DNA of 64,000 bases from a virus (taxonomy: Duplodnaviria > Caudoviricetes), in IMG/VR virus record IMGVR_UViG_3300032247_000689, positions 31,816 to 95,815 of that record; one strand, written 5' to 3'. Positions 9,180-17,252 of this stretch are shown piece by piece (the first letter of the stretch is position 1; each line of letters begins with the position of its first letter). Below the pieces are notes generated by a model, which saw nothing but the letters and a program-made list of their open reading frames with translations, was not told where the DNA came from and ran no database searches. The position numbers and the translations under genes are program-made.

Positions 9180-9338
9180 CCCCGTTAGGTACTGCGACAC
9201 CATAGTTCACTCGAATCTATTACATAAACTCATTGGAACACTTTTGCTAATTGCCTATTGCCTTATTAAAGATAGCCCATGCCTATCTCATTGGGGCTCA
9301 CGTTCGCCATGTGGGGCTCTTGACCAATCCTAACGGGG
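9180..9338 (-). ncRNA. Putative structured RNA, unit B of a tandem pair
   Basis: Closing stem CCCCGUUAGG/CCUAACGGGG; same conserved 11-mers; length 159 vs 161 nt. Confidence 0.5.
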
Positions 9339-9358
9339 AATCCTCTATGTAGTTTTAT

Positions 9359-9973
9359 TTACCAACTCGCTTGGTAGTGGTAATCGTACTCTCCCTCAAT
9401 ATCACTCGCAAGTATTGAGTTAATCGTCTCTGCTGTCTCTGCAAGTTCACGATAGTAATACTCGTCCTTATCGGTACTACCGAAAAAGAATCCTGATACG
9501 GGTGGGATAGGGTCATCGCCTTCATCAAGGATAACCCTACTCGAACGCGCTGTCTCTTTGGCAAACGCTTCCATAATAGATTTGACCGTACTGTTCTCTG
9601 AACCCGAATCTATTGTATAAACTTCTGAATCTTGAGTAGGTACTGCCTTATGCCTATCCTGTAAGCCTACGACACACGCGTTACGCAACGCGATAAGGTC
9701 GTCTCTGCTCATTGAGATACGCTGGCACTCATCTACGCCGTTGGCGCAGTTGCGAACTATCCAACCGTGAATAGCGTTAGCCTTACGCCAATACGCTACG
9801 CACTTAGTAACTCTAACGCTACCGTATTCTGCGGTCGGTATCGAGTTTAGACCCGACGCTTCGATAACATTATCGTATTCAAGATTATCTTTGCGAGTCA
9901 TTTCGCCATTAACGCTCTCGAAGTCATACGCGCTTATGTGCTTCTCTGCATATAGGTACATATCTAATCCCAT
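9359..9973 (-). CDS. Conserved phage protein (MGLDMYL...YWRKANAIHGW...YQASW family)
   Basis: Recognisable widespread phage family of unknown function. Confidence 0.8.
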   Translation of the reverse strand: MGLDMYLYAEKHISAYDFESVNGEMTRKDNLEYDNVIEASGLNSIPTAEYGSVRVTKCVAYWRKANAIHGWIVRNCANGVDECQRISMSRDDLIALRNACVVGLQDRHKAVPTQDSEVYTIDSGSENSTVKSIMEAFAKETARSSRVILDEGDDPIPPVSGFFFGSTDKDEYYYRELAETAETINSILASDIEGEYDYHYQASW

Positions 9974-10104
9974 TTGTGTTTTCCTTTATTGTCTAATTGT
10001 TCGACGTCGCACCATACGAAGCCGTCCTGATGTCTAGTTATCTGTCCTAATATGTCGAACCATTGTTCGTCCACTTCGGCAGTAATTCTGAACGTGTCGG
10101 TCAT
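9964..10104 (-). CDS. Hypothetical 46-aa protein (not in the ORF track)
   Basis: MTDTFRITAEVDEQWFDILG...; ATGA coupling to the upstream ORF. Confidence 0.5.
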   Translation of the reverse strand: MTDTFRITAEVDEQWFDILGQITRHQDGFVWCDVEQLDNKGKHKWD

Positions 10105-10295
10105 AGGATTACCCTTCTGTTGTCCTCTAGGTAGAACATATAATCGAGCGCGGTCGTTATTAAATTGTTTAAGTTCGGTATATCTAACGCGGTATCCGCG
10201 CTATTTATTCCGTCCTGTAATCGAAGTAATACGTCCTTCATAAGTTTCGCGTAATCTACGGGAGACTCGTCGAAGGTAATCGTATCCTTGTCCAT
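10101..10295 (-). CDS. Hypothetical protein
   Basis: SD TAAGGAG. Confidence 0.6.
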   Translation of the reverse strand: MDKDTITFDESPVDYAKLMKDVLLRLQDGINSADTALDIPNLNNLITTALDYMFYLEDNRRVIL

Positions 10296-10407
10296 TAGAA
10301 CTCCTTACTGTTGTAGGTATATCCGCTAACCTTATTTGAGTTATGGATAATAGCAAGCGTTACGGCTACCGTGTATAGGGCTAGTACGCCTAGCCCTATC
10401 GCGGTAA

Positions 10408-12288
10408 TCATGCGACCCTGTTTGTGTTGAGCGTGGATTTGACTAGGCTCTGCGCCACTTCAAGAACGTCCTTTGGCTCGGCAACCGCGTGAAAGATACT
10501 CGCGCCATGATTTATACGCTTGATAGTGCTTCGCGCAGACTCGCCATAATCATCTCCGAGACGGCTCTGCTCTAATAATTCTTGGTAATACTTATATCCA
10601 CCTAAGAATACTACGCAAGTGATGAAGCCCTTATCGTTTAAGGATTTAATAATCGCGTTGCAATCATCGTCCATATCCCACTCGCCGTCGGTAACTATGA
10701 AGGCTAACTTTATCGAACGCTTGCTCATAGTGAGAATACGCTCTGCTTCAATTAAGCCACGAATAGGATTAGTGCTACCCGAAGCGTGGAGATAACGATA
10801 GGTACTAGGCTTAGCCTTGTCCTTCTTGTCATAGATAAGGCTACTCTCATGGTTGAAAGATATAGTAGTCACGTTGCCGTTGATACCTTCGATACCGCGC
10901 TTGATAATCCACGCGTTCTCCATGACCGAGCGCATGAGCCCACCCATACTGCTACTGTGGTCGGTTAAGATTACCGCTTCAATATCTGTATTAGGGTTAC
11001 CCGTATCCCATTGGTCGAACATGGTACGGATAGAGTTCACGTTAGGGCTCATGGTACGGGTGATATTTAACTTACCGCGCGCGTTAAACTTATCCCACTT
11101 AGGGTCGCCGTTGCGAACGATACGCTCTAATTCTTGACCGAAGCGACGGGCAATCGAGCGCGCTGACTCTGATACGCTCATCTCTGAACATGATACCTGC
11201 TTAACCGCACCGCGTACTTCGTCGCTATTAAGGATAGCCTTACGCGTTTCATTGACTTCGCGCTTGATAGTTTCGTTTTCCTTGATAGCCTTCATGCGGT
11301 TATTGAGTAACTTAGAGATAGCCTTATCTTTATCGTCGAACTCTACGTCCGCGCCTTCGTAAGTGCCGTCTCCACCCACGCCGACATTAGGATTATTACC
11401 GATAGTTTCGATAGGGTTATCCTTGTTCATGCGAGCGTTGCGTTCTTGTAAGCGTTCTTGCTCTGCGTTCTTTGCAGGACGACCCTTTACAGGGAACTCG
11501 CAACCGCCATGTGGGGGTAGGTGAATCTCACCCTGTTGCTCATCTAAGCCGACAATCTCTGCCATGCGAGCGATAAGCACCTTAGCCTTATCGAAGTCGG
11601 CAGGGAATACCAATACGCGATAGGCGTGGATAAGTGTGTGTAGTTCTTGCGCTAAGGCTACGCCATGAGTAGCGATAAACTCATCTGCAACCGCTTGGCG
11701 TACTTCGATAGGTAGATAGGTGCGACCCGTAATAATATGGAAGTAATTGCCAATCGTATCTTGATTATCGAGTAGGTACTGCGTGGTCGCGCTCTCTAGG
11801 AATAGTCGAGTCACGGGATATTTAGCCACTAGTAACGCTTCCGCGCGCGCTTCCTCTAGGATATAGGTTGCGCGACGGTACTTATTATCCTTGACATATT
11901 GGATAAGGTTACTTCCTGCGCGTGGCGAGAATAGAACGTGAGCGACTTCGTGGTAGTTGAGCCCGTGAAGGTGCATGATATTATCTTGAGATACATCTGC
12001 AATAAGGTTATCGTTAAATATAATCTCGCGACCGTTGCTCATAGCATTAGTTTCCATAGACGGGTCATTAACTACCGATACGGTTAGTTCAGAGTCGCCC
12101 GTGATAATTCTATCGGCGCGCTGATATACCGCGCTGATAGCGTTAAGGCGGTTAGCCCTATCCTGATAGTCGGCGAGAATATTCTCTCTAGTGCGACCGA
12201 ACTCGTCGGTCGCACCCCACCGTAAGTCTCCGCTTTCTAGGGCAGAGAGTTCATCGTTGTATCTAGCCCTAGCCACGAAGCACCTCAT
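10408..12288 (-). CDS. Zincin-motif + VWA domain protein (CobT-like partner of a MoxR ATPase)
   Basis: HEVAH (HExxH); MIDAS DHSSSM, T(NP), VTDG. Confidence 0.8.
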   Translation of the reverse strand: MRCFVARARYNDELSALESGDLRWGATDEFGRTRENILADYQDRANRLNAISAVYQRADRIITGDSELTVSVVNDPSMETNAMSNGREIIFNDNLIADVSQDNIMHLHGLNYHEVAHVLFSPRAGSNLIQYVKDNKYRRATYILEEARAEALLVAKYPVTRLFLESATTQYLLDNQDTIGNYFHIITGRTYLPIEVRQAVADEFIATHGVALAQELHTLIHAYRVLVFPADFDKAKVLIARMAEIVGLDEQQGEIHLPPHGGCEFPVKGRPAKNAEQERLQERNARMNKDNPIETIGNNPNVGVGGDGTYEGADVEFDDKDKAISKLLNNRMKAIKENETIKREVNETRKAILNSDEVRGAVKQVSCSEMSVSESARSIARRFGQELERIVRNGDPKWDKFNARGKLNITRTMSPNVNSIRTMFDQWDTGNPNTDIEAVILTDHSSSMGGLMRSVMENAWIIKRGIEGINGNVTTISFNHESSLIYDKKDKAKPSTYRYLHASGSTNPIRGLIEAERILTMSKRSIKLAFIVTDGEWDMDDDCNAIIKSLNDKGFITCVVFLGGYKYYQELLEQSRLGDDYGESARSTIKRINHGASIFHAVAEPKDVLEVAQSLVKSTLNTNRVA

Positions 12289-13153
12289 TGAAGTAGTTCA
12301 TATCTGCTTGGCGGTATCCCATAGACTCTAGGATATTGTCCTTATGTGTATCACACGCTAGGCGTACCCCACCGCGCTCCTCACGGTTGAAGCCATTAAC
12401 GAAGGACATAATTGCGAAGTCCACGTCGAAGTTGCGAGCGTTATTTATGAAGGCAACGAGCGAACGGGTTGAGATAGGGGTAGATAACTCCTCTTTAGCG
12501 TATTGCTCGCGAAGTTGGTCGGCTAGGATTAGAAGTGCTTTATTACCGACTACCTTGTTCTCGATAGCCCTATCGTAAGGGAACTCCAACTTAATATGGA
12601 AGCGGTCATTGAAGGCTTGGTTGAGTTCTTGTGTGCCTTTATAGCCATAGTTCATATCGGCTACGATTAGTAAGTCCTTATGCGCCTTGATTACTTCGCC
12701 ACCGTTCTCCAATAGTTGAATCTCACGGCGGTAATCGAGAAGTGAGAATAGGACGGTAGAGACACGGGTAGGGAGAAAGTTCACCTCATTGAGAAGTAAT
12801 ACGCCACCATGTCGGACGATTTGGGTAACTGCACCGTCCTGCCAACGATAACCCTGTCCGTCTGCGCGTGGAATCCATGCGCCGAATAGTTGAGAAGGGT
12901 CGATAGCATTAGAGTTCGATACATTGAAGTAACGCATACCCTTAGCCGAAGCATAACTCTGAACGGCGATAGTCTTACCGCTACCTGCTTCACCTTCGAT
13001 AAGGATATTAGTGCCGTCGGCAAGCGCGCGGTCAAAGATTTCCCACTCGGTTTTACGTCCGAAGTGGCGGTTGATATACCCGTGAGATAGAGATATATCG
13101 GGTACTGTAATCATGGAGTAGGTCATATCCTGCTCATTGGTCGTTGTATTCAT
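12269..13153 (-). CDS. MoxR/CbbQ/CobS-like AAA+ ATPase (start moved to ATG 13153)
   Basis: Walker A GEAGSGKT; WQDG; Walker B variant LLLNE; AFNDRF; STR sensor II; SD AGGAAGG. Confidence 0.85.
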   Translation of the reverse strand: MNTTTNEQDMTYSMITVPDISLSHGYINRHFGRKTEWEIFDRALADGTNILIEGEAGSGKTIAVQSYASAKGMRYFNVSNSNAIDPSQLFGAWIPRADGQGYRWQDGAVTQIVRHGGVLLLNEVNFLPTRVSTVLFSLLDYRREIQLLENGGEVIKAHKDLLIVADMNYGYKGTQELNQAFNDRFHIKLEFPYDRAIENKVVGNKALLILADQLREQYAKEELSTPISTRSLVAFINNARNFDVDFAIMSFVNGFNREERGGVRLACDTHKDNILESMGYRQADMNYFNEVLRG

Positions 13154-13205
13154 TGTGCCTTCCTGTGCGCCATTGGCGCGGTTATGGGTTTGCCTTACAT
13201 AGAGA

Positions 13206-13234
13206 AAGATAGGGGAAGGGATAGGTATAGGCAA
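13206..13234 (-). promoter_or_regulatory. SigA-type promoter of the MoxR-VWA operon
   Basis: TTGCCT-N17-TATCTT on the minus strand, downstream of an ATAAC pair at 13255/13266. Confidence 0.5.
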
Positions 13235-13496
13235 CTTCCTACTACGCGTGGAGTATAACGATTTGATAACGATTTCCTGCTCTCTCTGCCTCTCTTATCC
13301 GATAACTCTCCCCAACCGATAGCCCTAGACGTGGCTGTATCGCCATGCTCTCTCCACTACCATAGGTAGTAGCCGAAAGTCAATAGCGGAAAGGTGTGTT
13401 CTCTCTCACTCTCTAAGGTTAGCGGGCTCTCTCGCCTCTCTCGCGCAAAATTGTTATGAAATCGTTATAAATCTCTCGGCGTGTCGATTTGACAGA

Positions 13497-13612
13497 GTTT
13501 GTGTTGGTTAATAGCTAGCTATTAACCAATTAACAATAAGCCTAAGCTTATTGTTAACGGGGTTTAAGGGGTGTCCCCTGATAGGGTTATGGGTGGGTGG
13601 GTCAACACAAAC
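13497..13612. repeat. Branched palindromic element Y1 (divergent copy)
   Basis: GTTTGTGTTG...CAACACAAAC ends; 26-bp perfect palindrome 13504-13529; hairpin 13530-13557; G-tract 13584-13601. Confidence 0.75.
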
Positions 13613-13626
13613 ATTTCGCGCCCAAT

Positions 13627-13640
13627 GTTTCACGTGAAAC
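13627..13640. promoter_or_regulatory. parS-consensus site
   Basis: GTTTCACGTGAAAC, an exact 14-bp actinobacterial parS palindrome (15/16 to TGTTTCACGTGAAACA). Confidence 0.7.
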
Positions 13641-13730
13641 GGTGATAGCCCTAGCGCGCTAGGCACTAGGGCTATCGTTACCCTGTTTCCGAAAGGTTAG
13701 AAACTCAACAGGGCGCTAGGGGTAGACGAC

Positions 13731-14300
13731 CTACTCCCCCTTATCCCCGCGAATTACTCCGCGAAGGACATCTAATATGTTAGAGGGGAAATCGGTTGGT
13801 ACTGCCCCTGATTCAGTAAGGAGTTCAAGTGGGTCGTATTCACCTGAAAGTATCTTGTATGGGTCTAACTTAGAGAACTTATCCACCTTGCAGTTACTAC
13901 GAAGGAAGGCTGTCGCTAGGTCAGGTGCTTCCATCTCGAATTGGGAGATAAACCTACCCAATACGCCCATAGTAGAGAATAACTCCGCCGCATGACCGCA
14001 AGCCCATAGGATATTGCAAGCGATAGCGAGGGCGTACATATCGTCCTCGTTAGGCTTATCGTTCTGTATTACATTGGTAATCGCAGAGTTGGCTAGGGTT
14101 ACGCTCATTTTTTGACGGAACTCGAAGTCACCCTTGAGTGTTTGGCAAATAATTGCCGAATAGAGTTCAGGTTCGTGAAGGTCACGGGTAAGGTTAGGGA
14201 ACAACGGGTCAATGTTGTCCCCTTCCTCAATATCCTGCGCGTCAGGCAAGAGGTTAATAGTGGCGATAATCTCGTTAAAACGATACTTGAGGTCGCTCAT
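13731..14300 (-). CDS. Hypothetical protein
   Basis: 189-aa ORF, ATGA-coupled. Confidence 0.7.
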   Translation of the reverse strand: MSDLKYRFNEIIATINLLPDAQDIEEGDNIDPLFPNLTRDLHEPELYSAIICQTLKGDFEFRQKMSVTLANSAITNVIQNDKPNEDDMYALAIACNILWACGHAAELFSTMGVLGRFISQFEMEAPDLATAFLRSNCKVDKFSKLDPYKILSGEYDPLELLTESGAVPTDFPSNILDVLRGVIRGDKGE

Positions 14301-14788
14301 TGCTCGCTCACATCTGTATCGAAGTCAGAGTCATCTAACTCCCAAGAGTCGATGTCAATATCGTAACTACCTGACTCGCCCTTGTAGGAGATTGTCACGC
14401 TAATACTAGCCTCGATGTCAGCGTCCTCTAGGACTATTTCACCTGCGCGTTCCTCGTTCTCGGCTTCTACGTCCTCGAACTCGGCAACTGTGTACCCCTT
14501 GTAATTAACGGCAACTGTGAACTTGCGCATTAGGGTTTCAATGTTATCCCAACCTAAGCGGTCAGCGATAGTGTTATAGGTCTCGATGGCTTCATCGTTG
14601 GTAAGTGTGCCGTTGTCGGCTAGGTCGCGGAGTGCGCCAAGAACGCCCTCTGCGTGTGTGGCGTTAAGGTTGTCCTTAGCGCGCTGGATACGAAGGTCTA
14701 CATCTGCGTAGGCTTCGTTTACTGCCTTAGTTGTCTGTGCTACCACATCATCTGCGGTAAAGAACAACTGTGTCTGTTCGTATGACAT
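14297..14788 (-). CDS. Acidic hypothetical protein
   Basis: D/E-rich C-terminal half; first gene after a cassette promoter. Confidence 0.7.
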   Translation of the reverse strand: MSYEQTQLFFTADDVVAQTTKAVNEAYADVDLRIQRAKDNLNATHAEGVLGALRDLADNGTLTNDEAIETYNTIADRLGWDNIETLMRKFTVAVNYKGYTVAEFEDVEAENEERAGEIVLEDADIEASISVTISYKGESGSYDIDIDSWELDDSDFDTDVSEQ

Positions 14789-14832
14789 TTGTACTGCTTC
14801 CTGTGGGTGGTCGTTATCCCACTACCTGATTT

Positions 14833-14921
14833 AACCATACTCTCCCCCTCTCTATTCCAACTCTTTTATAACGATTTGATAACGAAAAGATAACATTTCG
14901 TTATTCTCAGCCAACTCTCAG
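14833..14921 (-). promoter_or_regulatory. Cassette promoter: GGAAT-N18-GTT + ATAAC array + TCTCAG-N5-TCTCAG
   Basis: Promoter 14833-14858; ATAAC at 14868/14879/14890, GTTAT at 14900; TCTCAG at 14905/14916. Confidence 0.7.
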
Positions 14922-14931
14922 GAATCTCCCA

Positions 14932-15018
14932 TGTTTGTGTTGGTTTATTAGCAAAATATGACGTGTCATATTTTGCAGACATAGCTGCTATGTCTGCGCT
15001 AATAAACCAACACAAACA
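14932..15018. repeat. Three-way-junction (T/Y-shaped) element Y2
   Basis: 21-bp outer stem enclosing abutting hairpins 14953-14974 and 14975-14997; all Watson-Crick pairs. Confidence 0.9.
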
Positions 15019-15019
15019 A

Positions 15020-15049
15020 TAAGCCTAGCGGGGGAAGCCGCTAGGCTTA
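15020..15049 (-). terminator. Terminator-like hairpin after the DUF3846 gene
   Basis: TAAGCCTAGCGG/CCGCTAGGCTTA; the U-rich tail is supplied by the Y2 arm. Confidence 0.65.
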
Positions 15050-15057
15050 CTGCTGAC

Positions 15058-15435
15058 TTATGAAAAGGATACGAACCCTGGCGCGTTGGTATTCCATATT
15101 TGGCTATCGTATTTGAGGAAGTAATCTACTTGCTCATCGGATAATCCTAGTGTGTAGCCCTCATCATCTGCGCCACCTGTGATAATGACATCGCCCATGA
15201 TTACATCTGACATATCGTACATATCAACCCATAGCGCGGTTGCGGTTGGGTTTTGAGTTAGCCCGCTAAACTTTCCGTTCTCGTTGAGCCACATATCAGG
15301 TTGGCTAGGCTTATCGTGTAGAGAGACACACTCAATCATGCCACCTACGGCTTCAGATAGAACTTCGTAACAGGTATCGTTGGTGAACTCAACCACAGAC
15401 TTCTCACCTGTGGTCGTAATCTTAATTGCTTTCAT
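15058..15435 (-). CDS. DUF3846-like protein (start moved to ATG 15435)
   Basis: LSEAVGGMIECV...WLNENGK...NPTAT...IMGDVIITG; SD GAAAGG. Confidence 0.75.
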   Translation of the reverse strand: MKAIKITTTGEKSVVEFTNDTCYEVLSEAVGGMIECVSLHDKPSQPDMWLNENGKFSGLTQNPTATALWVDMYDMSDVIMGDVIITGGADDEGYTLGLSDEQVDYFLKYDSQIWNTNAPGFVSFS

Positions 15436-15583
15436 CGGGTTTCCTTTCGGTCGGGGTGTGGGGTGGATAGCCCTAGACTTGGCTCTAGGGCTATCCTGCA
15501 ACCTGCTGACCCGTAGCGGTTGCGAGATAGGCAATTACGGCTTGTACTGGCTCGGATAGCCTATCCCAAACTTAATGCGGGTC

Positions 15584-15889
15584 TTACTTCTTTACTCCAA
15601 GAGTTTTGCGGAGATTCTTAATGCGCTCATAGAGAGTGCCTTCGGATACTCCTAGTGATTCAGCCATAAGGCTAATAGGTAGCCCTGCCTTGTGTGCTTG
15701 CCATGTAATGGCGTCGCGGTTGATGATGGCTTCCTTAAGAGCCACATCTGCTTCAACTAGGCTTTGGCAGAACTGTGCTTTCTGCTCTAGGCTTAGTTTT
15801 GACTTGCGGTACTTGCGCGTAGGTGCTTTACCTGTCGCGCGCGCTGTACGGATACGCTCCTTCAGCGCGTCTATGTCCTTGTGTGACAT
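15584..15889 (-). CDS. Helix-turn-helix DNA-binding protein
   Basis: GLPISLMAESLGVSEGTLYERIK. Confidence 0.7.
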   Translation of the reverse strand: MSHKDIDALKERIRTARATGKAPTRKYRKSKLSLEQKAQFCQSLVEADVALKEAIINRDAITWQAHKAGLPISLMAESLGVSEGTLYERIKNLRKTLGVKK

Positions 15890-15930
15890 ATATTCTCTTT
15901 CCGTGAGGGGTCGTTCTCACTATCTAATAG

Positions 15931-16002
15931 AACCACACCTCTGCGGATTCTCTTTCACTTTTTTGATAACGATTCGGTAACAATCTCATAACGAAATGTT
16001 AT
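15931..16002 (-). promoter_or_regulatory. Cassette promoter (variant GAAAG-N18-GTT) + ATAAC array
   Basis: ATAAC 15966, GTAAC 15977, ATAAC 15988, GTTAT 15998. Confidence 0.6.
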
Positions 16003-16005
16003 AAA

Positions 16006-16096
16006 TGTTTGTGTTGGGGTTTATATGCAAAAAATAACGTGTTATTTTTTGCAGACATGGCTTCCATGTCTGCGCATATAAACCCCAACACAAACA
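16006..16096. repeat. Three-way-junction element Y3
   Basis: 23-bp outer stem; hairpins 16029-16050 and 16051-16073. Confidence 0.9.
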
Positions 16097-16099
16097 AGA

Positions 16100-16125
16100 C
16101 AGCCCCAGCCTTTCGGCTGGGGCTG
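16100..16125 (-). terminator. Terminator hairpin after the DUF932 gene
   Basis: CAGCCCCAGCC-GAAA-GGCTGGGGCTG on the minus strand, followed by TCTTGTTT. Confidence 0.75.
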
Positions 16126-16140
16126 CTTTATAACGTTTCG

Positions 16141-17088
16141 TTATAGTGCCATTACGGCTTCTAGAACCCGCGCCTTTTCTTGCTGGATTCCAGTCTCGAA
16201 TCCACTAGCGGCAACTGCCATGCCCTCTGTCATAGGGTTATCGCCATTGCGGTACCAGTCGATTCTTTCGGTGAGCGCGTTAAGCGCGCCCCACTTAGTG
16301 CCAGTAATATTGGCGTTAGTTGGAGATGAGACATAGAGCCCACGAGTGAGGTCGAATTTTGCTTCCCACTTAGTAAGTTGAGCCTTCTTATCGTCCTCGG
16401 GCTTTGGATAGATAGTCTCGAATACCTTGTCGAATTGCGCGGTTGTGATTGGTGTCTGGTAAAGACCCTGTGCGATTGCATCGAATTCATCTAAGTAAGC
16501 ATGTGTGAGCGCAAGAGCCTCGCGCGCTTCTGTGATTCTGCCCTGTGTGCCTTGAGTGTGGCGAACAGACCATGATTGCTTAGCGCGCTTGAAGGCTAGG
16601 CTTAGCGTATTTTGGCAGATAACGCGAACAGGCGTTACACATGCGCGGATTGAACTAGAGCCGTCATGTGATGATGAAACTAAGAGATATGTCTTAGTTG
16701 TGTCATTTGCGCCAGTTGGGTCGATTGTAAACTCGCGGTCGATTGTGAGCGCACCGAAGATTGTGCGACCCTTGCGGAAGAAACCTGCGGATTCCCATTG
16801 GGCTCCGCCGTCAAGAAGATTGTCGCCGAAAGCGAGTAAATCCTCATTTTGGTATACATCGTATTTTTCGCCTACGATTGCGAGAGATTCCACGCCGTTA
16901 GGGGTATCGCGTAGCACCATATATTCATTAGAGAGAGGCTTGACGCCAGTTGGGTAATTTACAGGCTCCTTGCGGACATTCCAGTTGGCAAGACCTGCGC
17001 GGTTGAGCATTTCGCTCGTTGTGACATGCTCATTAGGGCGGAAAATCTCCCGCGCTAATGTGTGCCACGTTGGTGTGCGTAGTGACAT
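16141..17088 (-). CDS. DUF932-family phage/plasmid protein (start moved to ATG 17088)
   Basis: WH.L, AGLANWNV, VGEKYDVYQNE, YLLVSSSHDGS, TPVRVICQNTL, VRHT, GTKWGALNALTE. Confidence 0.85.
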   Translation of the reverse strand: MSLRTPTWHTLAREIFRPNEHVTTSEMLNRAGLANWNVRKEPVNYPTGVKPLSNEYMVLRDTPNGVESLAIVGEKYDVYQNEDLLAFGDNLLDGGAQWESAGFFRKGRTIFGALTIDREFTIDPTGANDTTKTYLLVSSSHDGSSSIRACVTPVRVICQNTLSLAFKRAKQSWSVRHTQGTQGRITEAREALALTHAYLDEFDAIAQGLYQTPITTAQFDKVFETIYPKPEDDKKAQLTKWEAKFDLTRGLYVSSPTNANITGTKWGALNALTERIDWYRNGDNPMTEGMAVAASGFETGIQQEKARVLEAVMAL

Positions 17089-17134
17089 TTTTAACCTTTC
17101 GATATTGCTAGCCCTATGGCTAGGCACCCAATAT

Positions 17135-17245
17135 AACCTAATACGCGGTAGTGCTATTCCACTCTCACATAACGATTAGATAACGATTCCATAACATTTC
17201 GTTATACAGGTATCTCTCAGGAAACTCTCAGGATTCTCCTCTCAG
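17135..17245 (-). promoter_or_regulatory. Cassette promoter: GGAAT-N18-GTT + ATAAC array + TCTCAG repeats
   Basis: Promoter 17135-17160; ATAAC at 17169/17180/17191, GTTAT at 17201; TCTCAG at 17215/17226/17240. Confidence 0.7.
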
Positions 17246-17252
17246 CTGAAAA

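Noticed and set aside
9013-9338. tRNA or tmRNA genes
   Set aside because: D-loop/T-loop-like words are present, but there is no cloverleaf, acceptor stem/CCA or tag ORF; kept only as an unknown ncRNA. No canonical tRNA was recognised anywhere in the window.
10055-10070. LexA/SOS-box-like TCGAAC-catt-GTTCGT
   Set aside because: One mismatch, a single copy, and it lies inside a plausible small ORF (9964-10104) rather than at a promoter.
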